Positions 31,535-41,165 of a stretch of 64,000 bases of DNA are shown here, one piece after another. Within the stretch, counting starts at the first letter, position 1; each line of letters begins with the position of its first letter. The DNA comes from Oligoflexia bacterium. Its GTDB lineage: Bacteria; Bdellovibrionota; UBA1018. The notes under the pieces are model-generated. The model saw only the letters and a program-made list of their open reading frames with translations, had not been told where the DNA came from and ran no database searches. The translations under genes and the position numbers were made by a program. The stretch is taken from positions 1,619,875 to 1,683,874 of the forward strand of contig CAVWVI010000003.1 of assembly GCA_963758495.1 (NCBI GenBank), in the 5' to 3' direction.

Positions 31535-33930
31535 GAGCGTGGCTTCAAGTTGCTGCGCAAAGAGGCTAGTCCTGCAAAAGCGTTATTAAAAGCTTCTTTC
31601 GGCTTTTTGGGCGGAAGAGGCTTTTTCATCGGCGAAACAGGAGGCTTGTTTGATGAGGGTGTAGGAGCGGTCGCTCGATGGATCGGAGGCTTCCGGTCCA
31701 AACGATCAAACTGAGGGCGTCTTGGAGCAATGTCTACCTTTGGTTTTTCTACGATGTTTTTCATCGAAAGCGAAATCTGACTTTTCTCAACGTTCACTTC
31801 TAAGACTCTCACTTTAACCCGATCGCCAGGGTTGACAATTTCCCGAGGATCTTTAATGAATTTTTCACTCAATTGAGAGATATGAACAAGTCCGTCTTGA
31901 TGAACGCCAATATCTACGAATGCACCGAAATTGGTTACATTCGTCACGATACCAGGACAAATCATGGTAGGTTTTAAGTCTTTTACTTCATGAATATCAT
32001 CGCGGAAATTAAAAAGAATGAACTCTTCTCGAGGATCTCTTCCGGGTTTTTCCAATTCTTTGACTATGTCGTCAAAAGTGAAAGGACCGATTTGGTCACG
32101 GAAAGAGGAGTCTTGTTTGAGTAATTTAACTCCTGGTCCAGTCAGGTCTTTTACGCTTTTTCCATGTTTTGTAGCAAACTCTTCAAGTTGAGCGTAATTT
32201 TCTGGATGAACACCGGTATTATCTAAGGGGTGAGAGCTTTCCGGAATTCTCAAAAATCCCGCAGCCTGTTCGAAAGCTTTCTTGGTAAAGCGAGGAACGG
32301 ACAAGAGATCTGTTCTGGATTGAAAAAGTCCCTTTTGGCCTCGATACTCTACTAATGCTTTGGCAAGAGACGGACCTATTCCGGATACATGTGCTAATAA
32401 ATGATAGGAAGCTGTATTTAAATTCACACCCACTTGATTGACGCAGGAATCGACTACAAGATCTAATCCTCTTTTTAGGGAGTGGGGAGAGACATCATGT
32501 TGGTATTGTCCTACTCCGATACTTTTCGGGTCTACTTTGACCAACTCGGCAAGAGGATCTTGAAATCGTCGAGCAATTGAAATAGCTCCGCGCACAGTAA
32601 CATCTAAATCCGGAAACTCTTCGCGTGCCGCTTCGCTTGCGCTATAAACACTTGCCCCTGCTTCACTGACCATGACGATAGGGATGTTTGTTTCATTTTC
32701 CTTCATGACCGATCTGACAAAAGCTTCCGTTTCTCTTCCTGCAGTTCCATTTCCTACAGCAATAGCAGCAATATTAACGGTTTTTACCACTTCAGATAAA
32801 AGGCTCTTTGCAGTCGTTTTCCCTGATTCTGAATTTAAATAAATGACGGTGCTGGCGATATATTTTCCAGCATCATCAATAACAGCCATTTTACATCCCG
32901 TTTTGATGCCTGGGTCGATACCCAAAACAGCCTTTGAGCCGAAAGGTGACGCTAAAAGTAGCATTCTGACGTTTTCAGAAAAAACTTTAATAGAGGCTTC
33001 ATCGGCGACTTCGCGCAGGGCTTTATGAAGTTCACCTTCAATGCTCGGAAAAACATGAGCTTTATAGGCCAACTTCGCTGCCTTGAGTAATATTGCACTG
33101 CCTGGGGAGTCAAATACGCTGCAGCTTGCTGCTTCAAATGCTTGAATCAAGTGCTTTTCAAAGTCAGGATCATCTCCAGGACCCTCAAAGCTTAATATCA
33201 GCTCTTCTTCCATCCAGCCTCGCTTTGTTGCGAGATATCGATGAGAGTTTTGGGGGAGTAATAAAGCCTGAATCGATTCTTTGAAGTCAAAATAGGTTTC
33301 AAATTTACTATTGGGCTTAGCTTTTTTCCCTTTTTCGGTTCGAATGATGCCCTTTTCGAAAAACTGGGTTCGAACGAGTTGACGTAGATCCTGCATTTCA
33401 GCTAAGCGCTCAATTAATATATCTTGAGCACCGGCAATGGCGGCAGCTGCATCTTTGATTTCTTTAGCTTCATTCCTAAATGTAAAGGCCCAAAGTTCTA
33501 AAGTTTGTCCAGGATGAGGGGTTTCGGTGCCATGCCCACAAGCCCAAATCCAGTCAGCGAGAGGCTCAAGACCCGCCTCTTTGGCAAGGGCCGCTTTAGT
33601 TTTCCTCTTGATCTTATAAGGTAAATAGAGATCTTCTAGAAGTTCAAGTTTAAAAGTTGAGGAAATTTTTTCTTTGAGTTCAGGTGTTAGTTTCTTTTGA
33701 TGTTCAATTTCCCCTAAGATAAATTCCTGACGTTTTAAAATATGATCCCAGCGTTCTTTTCCGTCAATGATCGCTTGAATGGATACCTCATTTAGACTTC
33801 CCGTTTGTTCCTTTCGGTAACGAGCAATAAATGGAATAGTGCCTCCATCAGCGGCTAAACCTAAGACCGCACCTACAGAGGGGGTCGGGATTTCAGGATG
33901 TAATGACTGGAACCAACTTTCAAAATTCAC
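31531..33930 (-). CDS. tex: Tex family RNA-binding transcription accessory protein
   Basis: TIPFIARYRKE, GIDPG, GNGTAGRET, IGVGQYQHDV, C-terminal S1 domain. Confidence 0.95.
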   Translation of the reverse strand: MNFESWFQSLHPEIPTPSVGAVLGLAADGGTIPFIARYRKEQTGSLNEVSIQAIIDGKERWDHILKRQEFILGEIEHQKKLTPELKEKISSTFKLELLEDLYLPYKIKRKTKAALAKEAGLEPLADWIWACGHGTETPHPGQTLELWAFTFRNEAKEIKDAAAAIAGAQDILIERLAEMQDLRQLVRTQFFEKGIIRTEKGKKAKPNSKFETYFDFKESIQALLLPQNSHRYLATKRGWMEEELILSFEGPGDDPDFEKHLIQAFEAASCSVFDSPGSAILLKAAKLAYKAHVFPSIEGELHKALREVADEASIKVFSENVRMLLLASPFGSKAVLGIDPGIKTGCKMAVIDDAGKYIASTVIYLNSESGKTTAKSLLSEVVKTVNIAAIAVGNGTAGRETEAFVRSVMKENETNIPIVMVSEAGASVYSASEAAREEFPDLDVTVRGAISIARRFQDPLAELVKVDPKSIGVGQYQHDVSPHSLKRGLDLVVDSCVNQVGVNLNTASYHLLAHVSGIGPSLAKALVEYRGQKGLFQSRTDLLSVPRFTKKAFEQAAGFLRIPESSHPLDNTGVHPENYAQLEEFATKHGKSVKDLTGPGVKLLKQDSSFRDQIGPFTFDDIVKELEKPGRDPREEFILFNFRDDIHEVKDLKPTMICPGIVTNVTNFGAFVDIGVHQDGLVHISQLSEKFIKDPREIVNPGDRVKVRVLEVNVEKSQISLSMKNIVEKPKVDIAPRRPQFDRLDRKPPIHRATAPTPSSNKPPVSPMKKPLPPKKPKEAFNNAFAGLASLRSNLKPRS

Positions 33931-34912
33931 TTATTCTTACCTCCAGCAAATAAACTGCAAACAACCCTTCTGGATCGGTCCAAAACTTTAATTTAGAGAA
34001 GCCTACTGTTTCAATGAAATTCTCAAATTCTTTAGGTTCAAATTTGTAAGAATTTTCAGTATGAATCGTCTCACCCAGTTTGAAAAAGAGAGTAGTATCA
34101 GCTATCCGAACAAATTGATCTCTAAGACTCAGTAGGTGCATTTCGATTCTTTTTTCAGGTGAATTATAATAGGCCTTATGACGAAAAGCACTTAAATTAA
34201 AATTTGCACCTAATTCTTTATTCATTCTTCTTAGAATGTTCAAATTAAAGGAAGCCGTAATGCCTTGGACATCATTGTAGGCCCGCTCCAGTATACTTTG
34301 ATCTTTTATCAGATCAACCCCGATTAATAAAAGCCCTCCTTTGCCAATCAAGCGGGCTGCATTTAAAAGAAAGGATCTCGCTTCGGGAGGATCGAAATTA
34401 CCCAAAGTAGACCCTGGAAAAAATGCCAACTTTCTTTTTGTACCTTTAAGAAACTCAGGTAATGCAAGAAGCGGATGGGTGTAATCTCCAGCGATAGGTA
34501 TTATTTTAATTCTAGGAAACTCTACTTTTAATTTATGTACGGACTCCAATAAGGCAGCTTTTGAGATGTCTATAGGGACATAGACGAATGGATTGTGAAG
34601 CGATTTGAGCAAAATCTGCGTTTTTATGCCTGCGCCGATACCAAATTCAATTAAAAAGCATTCTTGACCCACTATTTCTGCAATTTCTTGACTCTGTTTT
34701 GTTAAAATCGATATTTCAGTACGGGTTGGATAGTATTCGTCTAATTCGCAGATTTGGTCAAAAAGTGTCGATCCTTCGGAGTTGTAAAGAAACTTTGGAT
34801 GGATCTCTTTTTGTGTTTTGAGTAAACCTTTTAGGATGATGTTTTTCGTGTCTTCTGTCAGAGGACTGAGATCTAAAAAGTCAATACCAAGTTGATTTTG
34901 AAGGTTAGTCAT
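33920..34912 (-). CDS. egtD: L-histidine N-alpha-trimethyltransferase (ergothioneine biosynthesis)
   Basis: PKFLY...GS.LF..IC.L.EYYPTRTE, FPGSTLGNF, AYND..G.TA.FN, IHTENSYK. Confidence 0.93.
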   Translation of the reverse strand: MTNLQNQLGIDFLDLSPLTEDTKNIILKGLLKTQKEIHPKFLYNSEGSTLFDQICELDEYYPTRTEISILTKQSQEIAEIVGQECFLIEFGIGAGIKTQILLKSLHNPFVYVPIDISKAALLESVHKLKVEFPRIKIIPIAGDYTHPLLALPEFLKGTKRKLAFFPGSTLGNFDPPEARSFLLNAARLIGKGGLLLIGVDLIKDQSILERAYNDVQGITASFNLNILRRMNKELGANFNLSAFRHKAYYNSPEKRIEMHLLSLRDQFVRIADTTLFFKLGETIHTENSYKFEPKEFENFIETVGFSKLKFWTDPEGLFAVYLLEVRISEF

Positions 34913-34917
34913 TCAAG

Positions 34918-36204
34918 CTATCGCCCCTTTGCAAGACGAAAGCCAGTAAATTGCCAGCGGGTTTCAGGGGCAAAAAAATTACGATAGGTGTGACGAATAT
35001 GATTTGTTGGGGTGACGCATGATCCGCCTCGCAGAGTGATTTGGTTACACATAAATTTACTATTATATTCGCCTATACAGCCTGAGTAGGGGTTAAAGCC
35101 AGGATAGGGTTGAAAAGAGCTTGCTGTCCATTCCCAAACGTCGCCAAAAAATTGAAATAGCTTGAGTTCATCACGATTTAAACCTGAATATAAACCAGTA
35201 TCTATGGGGATGGGATGAAAGTGGTTTTTTTCTAATAGATTTCCTTCTATCTTTTTCAAAGAGGCGGCGATTTCCCATTCAGCTTCAAAAGGGAGGCGTG
35301 CATTTCTCCATTTTGCAAAGGCAGCGGCTTCATAGTAGCTGACATGGCACACAGGCTCATTTGTGGAAATGCGCTTCATTCCCAAAAGGGTGAAGGACCA
35401 CCAAGCATCGTCTTGCTGCTCCCAGTAGAGTGGGCAGTTCCAACCATACTTTTTCACACAATTCCATCCATCAGAGAGCCATAATGAAGGAGTTTGATAA
35501 CCACCCGCCTTCATAAATTCGAGAAATTCTCCATTTGTGACCAGTCTAGACTCAATCGTGAATTCCTCTAGGTAGACTTTATGGCGAGGTTTTTCATGAT
35601 CAAATGCAAACCCGGCACCTTCGTGACCGATAGTGTACAGCCCCTGTGTAAAGTAAATAAATTGATCTGTAAGTTTTTCATTAGATTGGGGGAAATCTGA
35701 ATTTTTAAAAAAATGGTAGGTGGGTCTTAAAGAATTCGTCCAAAAAATGTGTTTGATATCAGTGAGAAGTAATTCTTGATGTTGCTGTTCATGATTCAAC
35801 CCAAGAATCAGGAGGGGTTCAATGGCGCGGAGTTCAGATGAAGAAGCGCATTGTAACAGCTCCGCTATTTTCTCATCAATTAAGCGACGATATTGGTAAA
35901 CTTCTTCGACAGTGGGGCGAGAAAGAATTCCGCGCTTGCAGCGTTGTACCCGAGAGCCGATAGATTCGTAGTATGAGTTAAAAATGTAATTAAATTCAAG
36001 ACAATAGACCTGATACGATTTTAAGAAGGGGACTAAGATAAAGGTCTCCAAAAACCAGGTTGTATGCCCTAAATGCCATTTGGGGGGGCTGACGTCCGGC
36101 ATACTCTGAATGACGTAGTCTTCAGTATGCAGAGGTAGACAGAGGGCTTCTGTGAGATTTCGAATTTGAGTAAAACGTTGAATCATATTCTGCCTTGAAA
36201 GCAA
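34918..36204 (-). CDS. egtB: Ergothioneine sulfoxide synthase
   Basis: QSMPDVSPPKWHLGHTTWF, HEQQHQE iron motif, FGE-like domain with EYNSKFM and RWQFTGFRLA. Confidence 0.93.
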   Translation of the reverse strand: MLSRQNMIQRFTQIRNLTEALCLPLHTEDYVIQSMPDVSPPKWHLGHTTWFLETFILVPFLKSYQVYCLEFNYIFNSYYESIGSRVQRCKRGILSRPTVEEVYQYRRLIDEKIAELLQCASSSELRAIEPLLILGLNHEQQHQELLLTDIKHIFWTNSLRPTYHFFKNSDFPQSNEKLTDQFIYFTQGLYTIGHEGAGFAFDHEKPRHKVYLEEFTIESRLVTNGEFLEFMKAGGYQTPSLWLSDGWNCVKKYGWNCPLYWEQQDDAWWSFTLLGMKRISTNEPVCHVSYYEAAAFAKWRNARLPFEAEWEIAASLKKIEGNLLEKNHFHPIPIDTGLYSGLNRDELKLFQFFGDVWEWTASSFQPYPGFNPYSGCIGEYNSKFMCNQITLRGGSCVTPTNHIRHTYRNFFAPETRWQFTGFRLAKGR

Positions 36205-36287
36205 CTCCTGTGCGCGCTCTATAAAGCAGATCCTTGCAGTACTTACGTACCCTATTCAATTACTTGGAATCCTGCTAAGCTGCGCGG

Positions 36288-38135
36288 ATGGCTATATTAG
36301 TGAGTGCATCTAAAATATCAAAATCCTTTGGAGCTCGTCCGCTCTTTGACGAGATTACTTTCGCGATTGAAACGGGGGATCGTATTGGACTCATCGGACC
36401 CAATGGAGCGGGTAAGTCCACTCTTCTTAGGATTTTGGCTTCCCAAGCTACGGCTGATGAAGGAATCTTATCCTTGCAACGAGGTTTGCGAGTGGGATTT
36501 TTGGAGCAAATGCCGACTTTTTCGGAAGATGCAACAGTGTATTCTACAATTTTAGAGGGTACTCACGATCCACATGATTGGGAATGCATGGCGCAAGCCG
36601 AAGAGATCATGTCTAAACTTTCATTGAATGAACCCTCGTTGTTGGTCAAGGATCTATCAGGAGGATGGAAAAAGCGTGTTGCACTGGCCAGAGAATTAGT
36701 ACGGTTACCCGATTTGCTTCTTTTGGATGAGCCTACGAATCATTTAGATTTAGAAAGCATTATGGAGTTGGAAGACATCTTGGCGAGTGCTCCTTATGCG
36801 ACGTTGACGATTACGCACGATCGTTTATTTTTGCAACGAATTGCAAATCGAATTCTTGAACTGGATAAAAGAAATCAGGGTGGTCTTTTAAGTGTAAAAG
36901 GGGATTACACTACTTATTTAGATATTAAAGATCAAATGATGGCAGCGCAAGAACGTAGGGAAATCATCCTTAAAAATACTTTACGCAGAGAAACCGAATG
37001 GCTTCGGCAAGGTGCAAAAGCGCGTACCACAAAGCAGCAAGCTAGGATTCAGCGTGCAGGAGACCTTAAGGATGAAGTAGGTGAATTAGAATATCGAAAT
37101 CAAGTTCGAACGGCACGTATAGATTTTCAGTCTTCAGAGAAAAGTCCGAAAAAATTGATTGATGCGAAAAAGATTTCTAAATCTTATGATTCTCGATCCA
37201 TTTTTTCAGGAATCGATTTGATGATAACACCCGGCAAGCGCATTGGTATTCTGGGTAAAAATGGGTGCGGCAAGTCTACTTTAATTCGAGTTTTGTTAGG
37301 ATTGGAAGAGCCGGACTTTGGCACTGTGATTAGATCGGACAATTTAACTGTTTCTTACTTTCAACAAAATCGTGATGCTTTGAATCCTACCACTACTGTC
37401 GCTAAAACGTTATGCCCTCAGGGGGAGTATGTGGATTACCGTGGGAGCCGAGTCCATATTCGGAGTTATTTAGATCGATTTTTATTCACCCAAGGTCAGA
37501 TGGATATGGCAGTCGGGAAGCTTTCAGGAGGTGAGCAAAGTAGACTTTTAATTGCTCAGCTCATGCTAAAAGAATGCAATTTGCTTGTTTTGGACGAACC
37601 CACGAATGATTTGGATATGGCCACCTTAAATGTACTCGAAGAGTGTCTGAGTGATTTTCCAGGTGCCGTGATACTTGTTACCCATGATCGTTATTTCTTG
37701 GATCAAGTTGCAACTCAAATTCTTGCGTTTGGAACAGTGGGAGCGGCAATTGGGAAAGTGGTCTCGTTTGCAAGTTTAGAGCAGTGGGAGACTTGGCACG
37801 TACAGCAAGCAAAGAATTTGCCGTTTTCTCCAGATGTTAAAGAACAATTGCTTTCTAAAAGTGGAGAGGCTAAAAGCGGGGCTGCTGTGAAATTACCTGC
37901 AGGGAAGCGAAAAAAGCTGGGTTTTAAAGAGCAGCGGGAATTCGATTCTATGGAAGAGAATATTCAGAAAGCCGAAGCAGCATTGTCCAAATTAACCACC
38001 GAAAGTCTATTGCCCGTGAATACTTCAAACTCTACTCAGCTCGTCGAAATAACAAAAGAAATGACACGGCTTCAAAATGAAATTGATCGACTTTATGCGC
38101 GTTGGCATGAATTGGAAAGTGAATCAGGAGAGTGA
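36288..38135 (+). CDS. ABC-F family ATPase (Uup-like)
   Basis: Two ABC cassettes, WLRQGAKARTTKQQARI linker, C-terminal coiled coil ending LYARWHELE. Confidence 0.92.
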   Translation: MAILVSASKISKSFGARPLFDEITFAIETGDRIGLIGPNGAGKSTLLRILASQATADEGILSLQRGLRVGFLEQMPTFSEDATVYSTILEGTHDPHDWECMAQAEEIMSKLSLNEPSLLVKDLSGGWKKRVALARELVRLPDLLLLDEPTNHLDLESIMELEDILASAPYATLTITHDRLFLQRIANRILELDKRNQGGLLSVKGDYTTYLDIKDQMMAAQERREIILKNTLRRETEWLRQGAKARTTKQQARIQRAGDLKDEVGELEYRNQVRTARIDFQSSEKSPKKLIDAKKISKSYDSRSIFSGIDLMITPGKRIGILGKNGCGKSTLIRVLLGLEEPDFGTVIRSDNLTVSYFQQNRDALNPTTTVAKTLCPQGEYVDYRGSRVHIRSYLDRFLFTQGQMDMAVGKLSGGEQSRLLIAQLMLKECNLLVLDEPTNDLDMATLNVLEECLSDFPGAVILVTHDRYFLDQVATQILAFGTVGAAIGKVVSFASLEQWETWHVQQAKNLPFSPDVKEQLLSKSGEAKSGAAVKLPAGKRKKLGFKEQREFDSMEENIQKAEAALSKLTTESLLPVNTSNSTQLVEITKEMTRLQNEIDRLYARWHELESESGE

Positions 38136-39835
38136 GCCGGTTTATGGTCACCCCTTCTTCACTTCAGCAGAGGATAGATGCAGCACAAGGTCGTATTGAA
38201 TGTGATTTGATTTTCCAAAATGCAACTTATCTGGATGTATTTACATGTGAGTGGAAGCAGGGAGATCTCTCCATTTCGAATGGAGTGATTGTAGGTGTAG
38301 ATTCGGGATTGAAGTCTAAGCGGACTTATAATGCACGAGGAAGATGGCTCGTGCCGGGATTTGTGGATGCTCATGTTCATGTAGAAAGCTCCATGATGGC
38401 GCCTCTGAATTTTCAAGAGGCTGTTTTACAGCGTGGGACAACCACGGCTATTTGTGATCCCCATGAGTTAGCTAACGTCATGGGAGTTCCCGGAATTCAA
38501 TATTTTTTAGATACATCAAATAGTCTGGATATGGATTTGTGGGTCATGATGAGTTCTTGTGTGCCCGCAACACATATGGAGACCAATGGTGGCGGAGAAA
38601 TTACAGCTGAAGAGTTAGTTCTTTTAGCAAAGCACCCAAAAGCCTTGGGACTTGCTGAAATGATGAATATGCCAGGAGTGTTGAACGCGGATCCTCATGT
38701 CATGAAAAAGCTTGAGTCTTTCGTGGGAATGCCAATGGATGGACATTGTCCTTTACTGAGGGGCCAAAATCTTTCTGCTTATGCGGCGGCAGGAATTTCA
38801 AGTTGCCATGAGTCAACAGAGCTCCAAGAGGCTCGTGAAAAATTATCTAAAGGAATTGCTATTTGGATTCGAGAAGGGAGCGTTGCAAAGGATTTAAAAT
38901 CTCTTTCACCTCTCCTTACTCTAGCAACTTCTACTAGCTTAGGTTTTTGTACAGATGATCGGAATCCATGGGATATTGAAGTAGAAGGTCACATCGACCA
39001 TTTAATCCGGGGCGCTATAGGTTATGGAGTTCCTCCTGAGGTTGCCTTTCGATGTGCCTCATGGAGTGTGGCTCGGCACTATGGATTAAATACAGGAATG
39101 AAAAGAGTGGGTGCTATTGCTCCCGGTTATCAAGCGGACCTTGTGCTCCTGGATGATCTTCAGTCTTGTGCTGTTGGTAAAGTTCTCAAGAATGGGATTT
39201 GGGTTTCGGATTTAGACCCCAATCAAAAAGCGAATCTCAGTGCTACAAACTCTATCCAGGCACATATACCGGAGACAGTGGATTTAGAAGGGCCACAGGG
39301 CCTCGTTCATGTCATTGGGATTATCGAAGGAAAAATTATTACGGATCATCGAGTGCTCATGAGTGATGCGCCCGGCGTGGCGAAGCTTTCAGTACTAGAA
39401 CGTTATGGAAAGGGCTCAAAGCCTGCAAACGGATATGTGGAAGGATTTGGTACACACTTTAAAGGTGCTATCGGTTCTAGTGTAGGCCACGACAGTCATA
39501 ATTTAATTGTAGTAGGAAGTAACGCTTCCGATATGCGAGTAGCATTGGCGAATTTAGCTCAAATGGGTGGGGGCTTTTGTGTAGTTCAAGACGGGCACGT
39601 TCTTGCTCAGATCCCTCTGCCTTTTGGAGGGCTCATGTCCAATCAGAGTCCTCAGCAACTGAAAAAGTCTCTTGAAATACTGAAAGAGGCCAGTCAAGCG
39701 GTAGGCTGTGAGCTAGGTGAGCCTTTTTTACAGCTGGCTTTTCTCAGCTTGCCTGTTATTCCTTCATTAAAATTAACGGACCGAGGACTTGTGGACGTGA
39801 ATGAATTCAAAATCATTGACGTTCGGGCAAGCTAA
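38132..39835 (+). CDS. ade: Adenine deaminase
   Basis: PGFVDAHVHVESS, DPHELANV, DGHCP, CTDD, HDSHN, LPVIPSLKLTDRGL. Confidence 0.95.
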   Translation: MSRFMVTPSSLQQRIDAAQGRIECDLIFQNATYLDVFTCEWKQGDLSISNGVIVGVDSGLKSKRTYNARGRWLVPGFVDAHVHVESSMMAPLNFQEAVLQRGTTTAICDPHELANVMGVPGIQYFLDTSNSLDMDLWVMMSSCVPATHMETNGGGEITAEELVLLAKHPKALGLAEMMNMPGVLNADPHVMKKLESFVGMPMDGHCPLLRGQNLSAYAAAGISSCHESTELQEAREKLSKGIAIWIREGSVAKDLKSLSPLLTLATSTSLGFCTDDRNPWDIEVEGHIDHLIRGAIGYGVPPEVAFRCASWSVARHYGLNTGMKRVGAIAPGYQADLVLLDDLQSCAVGKVLKNGIWVSDLDPNQKANLSATNSIQAHIPETVDLEGPQGLVHVIGIIEGKIITDHRVLMSDAPGVAKLSVLERYGKGSKPANGYVEGFGTHFKGAIGSSVGHDSHNLIVVGSNASDMRVALANLAQMGGGFCVVQDGHVLAQIPLPFGGLMSNQSPQQLKKSLEILKEASQAVGCELGEPFLQLAFLSLPVIPSLKLTDRGLVDVNEFKIIDVRAS

Positions 39836-40553
39836 TTCTGACGTAGCCTCGATTTTGATTGGACCCTTTGTCACGAGTTACCATTCCTTTAAGTAAGGTG
39901 TCTTCGGAGACCCAATAGGGCTCATACCACTTGCGATCAGGATCGAGTACAAGTACTTTTTTATGTTCTGAGTCGTATGCAGCCAACGGGGCAATATGTC
40001 CTACGTCAGCATCACCCGTATAGATGCCCTGAATAAAATTAATCACAAGGTATTCATTTTTAGAGGTTTCAGCTTTTACCAATGATTCATGAAGTTTCTT
40101 TCGGGTGCTCTCAGACAGATCTGGAGTGTGTACCACTTCGACTTGAATGGGATGAATGCCATAAGCTTTTAAGCTCTCTTGAATCAGAGGCCCAAGTTCA
40201 CTCAAAGAGACTCCACGGCCCAATAAACCCGTTTTTCTGCTCCAAGTGGATTCATGCAGTTTTTTTAGAAGCCCTGCTTCAGTCACAAGCTCGTCCTCAG
40301 CGGTAAATTTCATTCCTACTCGAGCTGCATTGACGAGCATGGCAACACTTGCAACTGAACAAGAGCTCTCAGTTTGTTGAGGGAGATAATAAGGGATGTA
40401 CTTCCAAAAGGGCGATGTAGAGTGCTGACGAAAGTATTCGTGAGAAATCGAAAGAGGAATTGCCTCTGGACCGTATTTTGGCTTGATCTCCGCTCCCCAG
40501 GCCAATGAGCTGAATAAGATCATTACAGCAATAGGGTTGAGGCATGTAGTCAT
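39813..40553 (-). CDS. Phytochelatin synthase-like papain-fold protein, secreted
   Basis: Q....CSVAS..M..NA, GHIAPLAAYD, VLVLDPDR..Y.PYWV, NRGY; signal peptide. Confidence 0.85.
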   Translation of the reverse strand: MTTCLNPIAVMILFSSLAWGAEIKPKYGPEAIPLSISHEYFRQHSTSPFWKYIPYYLPQQTESSCSVASVAMLVNAARVGMKFTAEDELVTEAGLLKKLHESTWSRKTGLLGRGVSLSELGPLIQESLKAYGIHPIQVEVVHTPDLSESTRKKLHESLVKAETSKNEYLVINFIQGIYTGDADVGHIAPLAAYDSEHKKVLVLDPDRKWYEPYWVSEDTLLKGMVTRDKGSNQNRGYVRISLPERQ

Positions 40554-40655
40554 GAAACTTCTCCTTCTTTGTTTTTCACTGACGTAGTTTGTAATATTGC
40601 CCTTTCCAAAGGCATTTGCTATAGGCTAGGTTATATTTTAGAGTAGTCCACTTAC

Positions 40656-40745
40656 GGAGAGATGGCCGAGTGGTCGAAGGCACTCCCTTGCTAAGGGAGC
40701 AGCGGGTAAAACCGCTCGAGAGTTCGAATCTCTCTCTCTCCGCCA
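40656..40745 (+). tRNA. tRNA-Ser(GCT)
   Basis: CTCCC-TT-GCT-AA-GGGAG anticodon arm, long variable arm, GTTCGAATC, encoded CCA; 90 nt. Confidence 0.96.
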
Positions 40746-40826
40746 TTTTGGAATACTTTGGAATATCAGGGGTTTCATCAAGATTTTCCTTCCTTCGAAT
40801 GACTTAATTTTAGCAATAGCAAATCA

Positions 40827-40889
40827 AAAATGGCGGAAATACGAAAGGTAAAACGCGGTAGCGTTTTGCACTTTAGAGAGAGATTCGAA
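40827..40889 (-). repeat. Inverted copy of the tRNA-Ser(GCT) 3' end, interrupted by a hairpin
   Basis: AAAATGGCGGA (40827-37) is the reverse complement of 40739-49; AGAGAGAGATTCGAA (40875-89) is the reverse complement of 40723-37; AAAACGC-GGTA-GCGTTTT stem-loop lies between. Confidence 0.75.
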
Positions 40890-40935
40890 TAAAAAGGACT
40901 CCTTTTATAATTAAGCTCAACTATGGATCAACCGG
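40888..40935 (+). repeat. Exact 48-bp copy of internal iscB coding sequence (51745-51792)
   Basis: AATAAAAAGGACTCCTTTTATAATTAAGCTCAACTATGGATCAACCGG read identically at both positions. Confidence 0.92.
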
Positions 40936-41165
40936 CTCATATCAAGGGAATCACATAGCGAAAGTTGCCGGAGCCATCGCGATATCGGACAAAAGCAAGC
41001 CATTTCCGATCTTTGCTAAACTACCACAATTCCCATTGATGGGAGCAGGCAAGGTGACTTTTAAACTCTCTCTAAAGCGCGATGCAAAAGTTATCGGCGA
41101 GTTGGTTCCAGAGTACGTGTTTGAAGTGAATATAGAATCAGCAACCGTAGGTCGATGATTGATCA

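Noticed and set aside
34918..36204. Selenoneine (SenA) or ovothiol (OvoA) synthase
   Set aside because: No senB/senC neighbours and no C-terminal methyltransferase fusion; adjacency to egtD supports EgtB
39813..40553. Heavy-metal resistance cluster around the phytochelatin synthase-like gene
   Set aside because: No metal transporter or regulator adjacent; secreted PCS-like proteins need not make phytochelatins
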